Shown: piece after piece, positions 40,333 to 51,455 of the stretch
Layout: the number at the start of each line of letters is the position of its first letter
Position numbering within the stretch: the first letter of the stretch is position 1
Assembly (NCBI RefSeq): GCF_964204645.1
Contig: NC_134027.1
Coordinates: 20,794,560-20,858,559 of the forward strand
Direction: 5' to 3'
Length of the DNA: 64,000 bases
Source: Tubulanus polymorphus
Taxonomy: Eukaryota > Animalia > Nemertea
The notes under the pieces: generated by a model
Seen by the model: the letters and a program-made list of their open reading frames with translations, nothing else
Told to the model about the DNA's origin: nothing
Databases searched by the model: none
Program-made: the position numbers and the translations under genes

Positions 40333-43155
40333 CGGGCCAAAATATTGTAAAATTCTTTATACGAATGCGGACTCATTAAAGAATAAACTGAACGAGTTAA
40401 AAGTTGTCACAATACGTCATGCCCCTGATATTATTTGTGTAACCGAGGTGAAACCAAAACACTCAATATATAGCTTACAAGCAGAAAATCTGAAGATAGA
40501 TGGATATAACATACCTTACAGCAACATTGATTGTGAAGGCAGGGGTATTTGTGTGTATATAAAGGAGGAATTTCCGGTTATTCCTGTCAGTATTGTAGAT
40601 CAGAATTTTCAGGAGTCCCTATGGTTTGATCTAAGGACAGAAAACGGTGTGCTGCGTTTATGCTGTATATATAGAAGCCCTAATAGTACTGAGCAAAATG
40701 ATGCGAAACTACTTGAGATTATAAATAGCAATATGAAATCAGGAAAGAAAACGATTATAATGGGTGACTTCAACTTCCCCGGTATAGATTGGTCAAATAC
40801 ATCAACCACTCATAAATACCCACATATTGAAGCAAGGTTCCTCGATGTGATGAGGGATAATCTGCTAGAGCAGATGGTACAGGAACCGACAAGATATAGG
40901 TATGGACAAAGAGAGAATCTCATAGACCTAGTTTTGGTAAGTGACGAAAATATTATCGGGGAGATAGACCATTTGCCAGCTATCGGTCTTAGCGACCACA
41001 ATGTTCTTCTGTTCGAAATAAATGCTCCACTTTCTTCTAACTCATCTAGAGGCGCTAATACTGTGAGGCTTATGTACGATTCTGCAGACTACAGCTCAAT
41101 AAATAAAAAACTTGTAGAAGCCAAAATGACAGATGAGATACAAAAATTAGATGTTGCCGGGAGTTGGATATTTTTCAAGGATTGCCTTCATGGATGTAGC
41201 GAAAAGTATATCCCGAAACGATGGAATCGAAATAATAAGAGTAAACCGAAGTGGCTATCCAGAACTATTATTCACAAGGTAAAGACAAAACATCGTCTGT
41301 TTAAGAAATACAAGGCCGATAGGTCGCGAGCAAATTATATGGAGTACAAGGCAACCAGAACAGAGGTTAAGAATGAAATCAGGGTTGCAGTTAGAAACTT
41401 CGAAAAAGGATTGGCTACATCAGTTAAGACTAACCCGAAGGATTTTTGGGCTTACGCCAAGTACAAAACAAAAGCTAAGTCATCTATACCTTATCCCAGG
41501 CACATCAGTTAAGGTCAGTAATGAAATAGAGAAAGCAGAATTGCTAAATAATCAGTTTGTTAAAGCGTTTACAGAAAACCTGACAATCATCCCTGAACCG
41601 CAAAATAGACAGATTCTGGTGCCTTTTCAGCACATTCATATTACAAGCAAGGCAGTGGAAAAAAAACTATCAAGCTTAAACGTGTTCAAGAGTATGGGAC
41701 CAGATGGCCTGCATCCAAGACTGCTAAAGGAAGTGGCTTCGGCTATAGCGGAACCCTTAACACTCATATTTCGCAAGAGTTTGAGTAATAGTATAGTACC
41801 AAACGACTGGAAAGAAGCCAACGTGACCCCATTATACAAAGGAAAGGGAAATAGAGCCGAGGGTGTAAACTACAGACCAGTTAGTCTTACATCGATCTGC
41901 TCAAAAATAATGGAAAGCTTCATAAGAGATCATATCATGAAGCATTTAGAAATCAATGGTTTGATCAGTCATCACCAGCATGGTTTTGTCAAAGGAAAAA
42001 ACTGCGTGACGAACTTGCTGGAAGCACTAAATTACTGGACAACTGCCCTAGACTCTGGAAAAAGTGTAGATGTCATTTATACAGATTTTGCAAAGGCGTT
42101 TGACCGAGTCCCACACCAACGACTTTTGAAAAAGATGCATAGTTACGGGCTATCGGACGAGGTATGTCTATGGGTTAATGATTTTCTGTCAGCTAGAGAA
42201 CAAAAAGTAGTTATTAATGGTCAATCGTCATCATCAGCGGCTGTCACTAGCGGCATACCCCAAGGATCGGTTTTGGGTCCAATACTATTTGTTATTTATA
42301 TCAATGATTTGCCAGATGTGTTAGATTGTTGCGTGGGTATGTTTGCAGATGACACTAAAGCACATAACATCATCGAAAAAATCAAAGACTGTGAGAATTT
42401 ACAGGCAAATATTGACAGAATGACAGATTGGTCTGACAAATGGCAACTGGGATTTCAAACGGCTAAATGCAAAGTAATGAGAATAGGTAGAAACCCACCG
42501 GATTTTAGGTACCACATGAACGATGCTGAGGGAAACCGCTTACCATTGGAGGAAATCAAGTGTGAGAGAGACTTAGGAGTAGACGTCGACAATAAACTGA
42601 TATGTAGTGAACGAAGCATACAGAACATTATCAGCTATTTAAAACACATACGTCTATCTAGAAGAGGATACACTGATACCTCTGTATAAGGCCCTAATTC
42701 GACCGATATTAGAGTATGCTAATGTAGTATGGGCCTTGCAGTATCAAAAGGATATTGACGCTATTGAGGCAGTCCAAAGGAGAGTGACTAGGATGGTTCC
42801 CCGATTACAGAATTTATCCTATGAACAGCGCCTAAAACAACTTAAACTTCCAACCCTGGTCTATAGAAGAATGAGGGGTGATGCAATCAACACGTACAAA
42901 TATGTACATGGTATATGTCCCTCCCCACCAAACTTTCTACCCAGGGTACCGTCCACTAGAACTCGCGGTCATCCATTTAAATTGTTTCTGTCAAGAGCAA
43001 AATTAAACTGTAGAAAATACTTTTTCAGCATTCGAACGATCCAGATCTGGAATTCGCTACCGTTAGAAGTTGTTAGGTGGATTGCTTTAAGGTCAGGCTT
43101 GACAGACATTGGAGTACGCACCCGAAGCAGTATTCCTATAAGGATTAAACTCTGA
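40319..43155 (+). pseudogene. CR1-clade LINE ORF2 (APE + RT), frameshifted
   Basis: APE motifs YTNADSL, ICVTE, IYRSPN, MGDFN, IDLVL, SDH. RT motifs KSMGPDGLHPRLLKE, NYRPVSLTS, QHGF, DFAKAFDRVPH, SGIPQGSVLGPILF, FADDTK, ERDLGV. CR1-type C-terminus RTRGH...WNSLP. Frameshifts at ~41495 and ~42610. Confidence 0.93.
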
Positions 43156-43355
43156 ACATATGTTACGTGTGTATATATGAAACTTTTTAGAATTGTGTCA
43201 TAAAAACGCTAGCGGAAACGGAATAGTACGCGGAATAGTAAGCGGACAGAGCATCGATTTACGAATTTATAAAACTGCGCACCAACCAAAGCTGCAGTAG
43301 TGATTTTTATTTACGCTAGGAGAGGTCAAGGTCTAAGAGACCAGAGTACCAAACG

Positions 43356-43384
43356 GATACGATACGATACGATACGATACGATA
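43356..43384 (+). repeat. (GATAC)n microsatellite, probable LINE 3' tail
   Basis: 5-6 units about 200 bp after the end of ORF2; CR1 elements typically end in short tandem repeats. Confidence 0.65.
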
Positions 43385-43619
43385 TATGTCTTAGCGCATG
43401 GCTATTTTATTTTTCACATTTCGAGACCGGAACATGCGCAGACGGGCGTATCTTTCGCTAATCCAATAACGGTTACAATAATACGTCAAACTTGGTGAAG
43501 CTCACAGCCAGACTTAGAATTTTAATGAATAAATACAGGTATTTATTTAGATTTAAAATTTTAGAGCTCTACCCAGGCAACTCGAATTCTAAATTGTAAA
43601 AACAGCTGCCGGCGGCGGG

Positions 43620-44635
43620 GACACCTGTGTTCGGCGTGGTACGTGGCCAAAGAAAATCACCAAAAATATATAATCACCCAAAATATCGAAGATCTATGGG
43701 CGAAGATTCACCATGATCAAATATAGAAAAGGAATTCATTTTTGCGAAAAAAACATGCTTTGCCGAGTGTTGATTACAAATTGAAAGCCTTGTTTGTTTT
43801 CAGAGTTTTCCGGTTTGCTTATCTTTCATACGACAATAAATCTTTCTGTATCGTCAGATATGTTCTACATTAAATCCTCACGGCTTTAATAGTTCTATAT
43901 AGTTTTACACAAGAAATTTGTTCCCAAGTTCTACATTGTAAAAAATGTAGGTCTTGCTGTAGGAAGGCACCCAGTGTCGGCGTGACCAAAGAAAATCACC
44001 CAAAATATGATAGATCTTCGAGCGAATTAAGGGACCCGTGATAAAATTTAAAAGAAAAATAATTATTCAGTACACGTTGTAAGCGGGACATTCTGTAACA
44101 CGCGGACCACGCGCGCGTTATTCTCCGGGGCTCCTGTGAAACCGGCGCGCTTTATTCTAAAAAAAATTCACTCCGTTGCTTAGGGACTGTGTTTTTGTGG
44201 GATTCGAATCCAGTCTTCCGATCGGTTACTACGGGGAAATCCGAACTAAAATTTGCATTTTGACATATTTTGTGAATATGGAGAAATATAGAAAATTTGA
44301 ATTTACCTCGTACTCGCGATTAACTTGAGTTCGCAGCTCGCTGTGCGCTTAATAAACCCACGTGGTCTAGAAGACCGTGCGGGGGGGGGGGTGTGGGAAG
44401 AAAAAAGCACACATCACAAAGAAAAAGACGATATGAAACGGCTTAATAGTGTCGAAGTCGGGGACTTGAATTGGTGAAGCGCACAGCCAGAGACTTTTAA
44501 TGAAAGAATAGAGGCGAGTGGCAGTTCCCAACACATATAGAATTGTACATTGTAAAAAAATAAGTTTTGTTGAGGGCGCCTGTGTTCGGCGTGGCCAGTG
44601 GCCAAAGAAAATCGCCCAAAATATCGAAGATCTGA
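43620..44635. repeat. Dispersed triplicated motif within a TE relic
   Basis: CCTGTGTTCGGCGTGG...CCAAAGAAAATCACCCAAAATATCGAAGATCT-like blocks at ~43622, ~43968 and ~44578; poly-G at 44381-44391. Confidence 0.6.
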
Positions 44636-45799
44636 CCTTTTTAAGTGGTGGAGAGTCTAGTGGAATAACAAGTGGTACAGATCGTTAATCCCACAACGAC
44701 AAGTGGAGATTTTCGTACCACAACAGGGCCACCATTTTGCAAGTACAATATACTTATTCATTCCGAGTAACACAGACGACAGAATTATGAAAGAAGTTGC
44801 GCACTGTTCAGGTCTCAACTCAAGCGCTGTCATGAATGTATTGCCCCGCGCCACAAAATTGCCCGTGCGCCTAATCTTAAGATTTTTTTAAAGTTAAAAA
44901 TAAGGGTGCCAAACAACATAAACAAAATACAATCGATCTCAGCTTGCTTTGGATAGTGGGTGGGGCCAATAATTTTTGGGCCGATGAGGCGCAGATGTGA
45001 GAGGACGAGAAGGGTCGTCTGAGGAAGTGACTAATAAACCTTGCCCAGTCATCCAACAATCTGAGGCATAATCTACTGCATTTTCAAATGTTGTGGGGCC
45101 AAACAAAGGTACATGGATTGGTATCATCTAATTCCAGTTTGAAAATTATAGCCAAAATATAATATATTTAGTTTAATACCAAATAGGCGGTCATTTGAAC
45201 CCAAAAGGAGGGGATATATCAATACCAAACTATTATATCCCATCAATACCTGCGCACCTTTTGCGTGGATGAAACGTCCCTCAATGACTGCGCCAACGTA
45301 CCCGGTAGATGGCGTGAGTTGGATTCACACTTCAGAACTAAAGGTTCAGTGCATCAGTCATGCCAAAGTTAAATTGATAATCCTCATACATGTACAATGA
45401 ATGTGACTAATGAATGTTTATTGTTTATTTCTTTGTGTTGTGCTTTTGCTCAGTCTGGTTTTTTTTTCGTCTCCCAATTGTGAGCAGAGGTTCCTATTCA
45501 CCTATGATTTTAGTTTCTCTGGTGATGGGGTTTAGGTAAACCCGAAACTGTTAGAAAATAAACTTTTCTACATATCTACAGTGGGTTTTTTTATTTGTAT
45601 GTTCACTATCGTCTCGTTCCTATTCACAATTGTCATTCCACAAAACCACGTTGGTTTTTTATTATTGCAGTTGTTAACGTCTAGCGAAATATATGTCAGC
45701 GCATGCGCCGATCTCTTGCGTTAGAGACGCTCCACCGCCCATTTTGGTTGGTTTGATGTGATGCCCTGGCAGGTGGCTGGTTCAAGGCGAGTATAAAAA

Positions 45800-48509
45800 A
45801 TGAGTATTGCAGTAAAATCTGTGACCATCGCTAATGGTGTCAACATGCCCGTCCTCGGGCTCGGTACTTGGCAGGTGAGTAATCCGAATCATGATTCGAT
45901 AGATTTAGAATTTTGGCCATTCGTTCTTCTTTCTCGCACTCAGGACATCTGCTAATCCGAAGAAGAGTATTGGACTATTCTATAAACGGTCCGAAAACAG
46001 TAAATGATATATTTCCGGTTATTCCATTTGTTGTTTACATATGAGCTGTGTCTAGTGTCAACCTCAACATCCAGTCAAAAACTGCAACAATTTCTTATTG
46101 CAGTCAGTAGGTGGTGAATGTGAACAAGTGGTAAAGGATGCAATAGACTGTGGATACCGTCACATAGATACAGCAACTTTGTATATGAATGAAAAGGAAG
46201 TTGGATGTGCAATATCGGCTAAGATCAAGGATGGCACTGTTAAAAGAGAAGATCTTTTTATTACGACCAAGGTAGTTCTTCAAGTTCAATTCTAAAATAG
46301 AATACCTGAATAACATATTTCAATTGCAATTGTCAAAAACAGGTTATCAGATTGAAATGGGATCAGACATTCACTGAACTGTGGCTTCTTGCAATATTAA
46401 CACAACCAGTACTGCTATATCATGGGTCATTCATTTTTCAATTTTTACGTACACAGTAATGGTAGTGTCAATTCTTCGAAGAGTGACAGATTCGTACGCT
46501 ACAGTTAGTACATTTTAAAATAAATGTGTGTTGTTTTTAAGTGATTTCAATGAACGCAAGTGAACGACATTTTACAACATAGTCTAGAACTGATAGATTT
46601 GTTATTTTCTAAGCGGGTCTCGCTGATATATTCACGTAAAAGCCTATCAAACCAAGGTATTTGCTTGCAAGGTGCTTGCACCAATTTGCTATACAAGTAC
46701 AGCGAGATCCTGGCTTGGGAGGATGATCACGTATAAAAATGAAACTGGGAGTAACAAAACCTGCGGAAATTAAAGAAGAGGCTCACCTAATTTCATGAAT
46801 TTAAGCATATTTTACTCAATATTTCCATTTCATATCGTTTCTTATATCTAACTACAAGCCTTCTGTCTTCATAAGCGCTGAAACTAGAGTCGCACACAGT
46901 GTCAGGTCTGTGATAGACAAAAGCGGTAGGCCTACGTCTATTTCTATTGTTTTCAATTGAACGCATACGCAGGATAGGAGCAATTGTGATAATTAGTCAA
47001 TGGTGTGTGGTATGGATCTCAAAAACAGCAAATGTTTGCGTATGTAATAAATGAATGACCCCCATAACATTACTGGTATATTACCGTTACTGACATAATG
47101 CATAATGACATATGTTGTCCTAGGAACCAGCCGCAAATTATTGTCTGATTTGACTTCCAATACATTCAAAGATATCCTATCAAAGAAAATGATGATGATG
47201 TTCACTAGCCAAAATTGGCATTTTCCTTCAGCTTTAAAAATCTATTCATGCTTTAAGATTTGAATTTTTAAGCTATGGAATACATTTCATCGCAAAGATT
47301 TGGTGTTACCCTCTTTAAAAGAATCAATGAACAACTTACAACTTGAATATCTGGATCTATTTTTAATACATTGGCCTATGGCATTCAAAGTAAGTCGTTA
47401 TTGACTGTGTTTTTAAAGCCAATTCAACAACAACAATGTTCCACTGAGTTCTATACATATCTCTTTTGTAAGGAAGGAAAAGAAATAGTTCTGACAGACA
47501 AAGATGGTAATATCATGTTTTCAGATGTACCGTTTATTGATACTTGGAAGGTAATAAAAATGAGCTACAATCTGAGAAGAAAACATGTGATAATATGTGT
47601 GTTCAGAAAATGTATTGTTCAGAAAACCAACCATTGCATTTTAAGGAAATGGAAAAAGCTGTTAATATGGGTTTGGTTAAGGCGATTGGAGTGTCGAATT
47701 TCAATAGTAAACAGGTGCAAATGATCATTGATGAGGGAACCATAAAACCAGCAAACATCCAGGTAACAGAATTAATATCGAATTTATCGCCATGAAAAAA
47801 ATAATACATTATCGTTACGATTACTTTGAAAGAAATAGTCTTTTATTTTAGGTGGAATGTCATCCGTACTTCAACAACTCAAAACTGATGAATTTCTGCC
47901 GAGAAAGGAATATTTCAGTTACTGCTTACAGTCCTTTTGGTTCTCCACAAAGGGGCTGGTGAGTATAACGTTATCTATTATGAATCGAATTGTACAAAAA
48001 TTCTCATTAGTCACTAATCAGCTAATTGATTGTCATTTCTAGGCAAAAGGATGACGAACCATTGGTAATTGCTGACGAAAGATTGAAACCAATAGCAGAA
48101 AAACATGGGAAAACTCCAGCTCAGGTTTGAAAAAGAAAAAAAAATTCAAAAAGATTTACTGCAAAGATTGAAAATGTAGATTCATACGTACATTTAAATA
48201 CATTTCAAATTCATTCAGGTTGTTCTACGCTACATTATTCAAAGGGGAGCGATTGCGATTCCTAAAAGTGTGACACGTAGCCGCATTGAACAAAATATCA
48301 ATGTATTTGACTTTGAGCTGTCCGAAGATGAGATGAAAGTGATTGATTCTTTTGAGCAGAAGAGAAGGATTGCCTTCGATTGGTAAGATTGAATGATCTT
48401 GTTTCATTGACATTGTAATAGATTATACTGCATGTGTGAAAACAACTTCTTTACTATTTTTAGGGGAGCAGAAAAGCATAGAGACTATCCATTCCATGAA
48501 GAATTTTAA
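45800..48509 (+). CDS. Aldo-keto reductase, AKR1 family (aldose/aldehyde reductase-like), 9 exons, 317 aa
   Basis: Exons 45800-45874, 46104-46271, 47273-47389, 47473-47550, 47646-47762, 47852-47958, 48043-48124, 48219-48382, 48464-48509 join in phase. Motifs [14 protein letters not shown]-x-x-[39 protein letters not shown] and YPF are present; the catalytic D/Y/K/H tetrad is intact. Confidence 0.95.
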
Positions 48510-48527
48510 ATGATATAACATATATAC

Positions 48528-48575
48528 ATGTATGTATGTATGTATGTATGTATGTATGTATGTATGTATGTATGT
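48528..48575. repeat. (TATG)n microsatellite in the AKR 3' UTR
   Basis: Seen directly. Confidence 0.95.
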
Positions 48576-49920
48576 CATGCAAGCATATGCATACCTTCTT
48601 CCTCGACTCCTTCAATGCTTGGTTCTTCAGTTTTCATCATAGCTATGGACAAACAGAAGTTTTAGGATTAACTAGAATTCGTACAATACATGAAAATGTA
48701 ATTATTGATAAATTGACTTACGCCTGGTCGTACTGTTGTTCACCTCTTTCAACTTAAATTTCAATTTAACCCTGAGCAAAAGCCAATTTGTCTACCACCT
48801 CAATCAATGTTGTGTTTATATGTCCATAATGTTCTTGCTAGATTGAAGAAATAAAAAATAATGTTTATTCTATAATATTTTAAGTTTCAGACAGCGGTTT
48901 TAGCTGATCCGGATACAATCACAAGGTTAGGGACTTGTCATGATAAATGATGGATCTAGTACCAATGAAATGTAACAGTATCCCTATAAACAATCTTGTG
49001 TTTAAGAGATAGAAGATACTGGATCAACCCATACTGCAAATCTATCTATTAGTAAATACATTGTAAAATTATCTAAAGTCCTTCTTCTGCTCCGTAAATT
49101 CCGTAAACGTCAACTATAAAATAATTCATAATATTCGATAATTCATTAATATTTGACGAATTTTCATTATAGATAATTTGTTTATTATTAAAATAGAAAT
49201 AATATAATTGTCTTTTTTCAATTCTTAAGTTAATCAAATCATTGTAATCTTAGGCAAGTATAATATCACTTTTTCTTTCATTGAAAGGAATTTGAAGAAT
49301 ATTTATTATGTTTTCATCTAAAGTTCCTTTAAAATTTAAAACTGTATTGAATACTTTAGGATTTTTAACACCATTATCAAAAGTATCTACTAGTTCAGTA
49401 ATTAAATATGTTTCATTTGATGATGTTTGATTAATCATAGTAATGTTATCAATTTTATAATATCTTGCGGATACTAAATTTGTTGCTGAAATATAATTTC
49501 TAATGTTTAACTGTGAAAATAATCTATTGGTTTCTTTTAGTTCGATTTTGAATTTAGGTTCTTCTTCTTCTGTCTTCATTTTTATAACAAAACTTCCATT
49601 AAAACTCATTCAAATATAAATATTCAATGTTAAAATATGAATTATTTCAATCACACTTTACTGACACTTTTAATTTTTGAAAATCTTACTCATACAAATA
49701 TAAATATTGAAATATGTTTAAAATATAAACTATTTCACTCACACTTTACTCACACTTTTATATCCTTTTAATTATCCATTTATTTTACTTATATTTTTAT
49801 TCGAAATCTGTTAGAATATGAATTATTACTCACACTTTACTCACACTTTTGTAATTAACATATAAATGATTTTAAAATATATGAAATTCATGTAAATAAT
49901 GTTCATTTATATGAAATTAT

Positions 49921-50024
49921 TAGGAGTAATAGGGATAATAGGGGTTCAAGTCAAAGGTTGAAGGGGAGAGTGTGCTCGACCCTTCGACCTTTGGCCTGAA
50001 CCCCTATTATCCCTATTACTCCTA
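49921..50024. repeat. 104-nt near-perfect palindrome/hairpin
   Basis: 28-bp perfect stem TAGGAGTAATAGGGATAATAGGGGTTCA / TGAACCCCTATTATCCCTATTACTCCTA plus a further 17 bp with 3 non-Watson-Crick pairs. Confidence 0.95.
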
Positions 50025-51237
50025 GCGATGGTTGAATCAGCTGTAGATCGCGAAATTATGCCTTCAAATAATAATGATTGCAATGTAAAATACACAGAGA
50101 GTGGTAATATTATGAAGACTTTCAGGACATATATTTTTGGCCTTTCATGAATTATATCAACAAGCTTTCAGGGAACATATTATATGGTTTCAGTTATCAG
50201 CGGTTAAACGATGTCAACAATTAATGTACGGAAGCTGGAGTTCATGGCCAGTGTTGCAACCTGCGTGGATACGTACGTCATACATAAACATAAATAGAAA
50301 TAACATAAATAAACGAGTCTGGAAGTGACGTATGTGTCTACGTAGGAAAACCTAATATGGTGCGGACATGAGCTCTGATGAGTGCAAAAATATATTTATA
50401 GATAATTGTGACGTGTGCGGATACGTCATCACGCATACACAAGCCATGAATTCCAAGCCATGTGTGGAAGAGGGCCTGCACACGTTACTAAAGAGAAAGT
50501 AATATAAAAAGGGAGGTTTTAGTAAGCACGGGAGCTCCGGGGAATAATCTTGTATACTTCTTGTAAGAGAGTATCCCTCGCAACATCACCGAGAGATATC
50601 ATTACCAACGCTAGTTGGAGAACCCAACCCGGATCCACATCACTGGTAGATAAACAGAACCACAACATAAAACGGAATTCAATTTTGCAATGCAGAAAAA
50701 AAACCGTCGTCGCTGCATTGCACCGAATATATTACAGCATTATTTCAGATTTTGTAAATTATCTGACAAAAGATTTGTTAAACGAGAGCCAATTGAAAAC
50801 GATTGATTATAAATAATTCAGTGTATGCTTTCCTTATCGTCGCGTTGCTTTTAATTGCATAATCGGGTATTGCTACTGATCTGATTTTGTATCTACTACT
50901 ACCAGAATGTATCATACCGATCAGTTGCAGACACGCGCGCAGCGACAATAATTATGTACATAACTGAGGTAGTGTGTGGCGAAGGCCTCTAACTGTGATA
51001 CGTCACTTTGATGATTTTAGCGAAATTCGTCAGCGCACTTAAATGCATTTATTTAGGGGCACGACCAGTACAACTGCATATGATGTTGATTGTCATCGAA
51101 TGAGGGTGTGCCACGTTGAAAATAGCCATTACCATCCAAATATACTATCACTCATTCACCTGATGAGGCTTCTATACATATGTAGCCAAAGCTCGTGCGT
51201 CAAATAAACAGTTAACCTATATAACTCGTCTCGTTAT

Positions 51238-51455
51238 TATGGGGGCTGATTCGGGCCACGCCGAGATTTTTCGAGCACGAAAAATCGCAAAACAAACTTT
51301 ATAGCGAGAAAACAAATATTAACGCGAGAAAACAAATATTAACGCGAGAAAACAAATATCAACGCGAGAAAACAAATATTTAGCGCGAGAAAACAAATTA
51401 TTTTGTTTTCTCACCCGAAATATTTGTTTTCTCGCGCTAATATTTGTTTTGGCGA
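51238..51455. mobile_element. MITE family A-related left end with 20-bp direct and inverted tandem repeats
   Basis: TATGGGGGCTGATTCGGGCCACG followed by about 5 x AACGCGAGAAAACAAATATT and then 2-3 inverted copies. No right TIR was found. Confidence 0.65.

Noticed and set aside
44190-44240. tRNA gene suggested by GGATTCGAATCC
   Set aside because: No cloverleaf or A box could be built; at most a SINE fragment.
45792-45799. TATA box (TATAAAAA) before AKR
   Set aside because: It abuts the ATG directly, leaving no room for a TSS; more likely A-rich start-codon context.
49930-49947. Resemblance to the I-SceI site (TAGGGATAACAGGGTAAT)
   Set aside because: Only a partial match (TAGGGATAATAGGGGTTC) with no vector context; treated as coincidence.
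50375-50400. Third hammerhead (CTGATGAG)
   Set aside because: No stem II closure or GAAA box follows.
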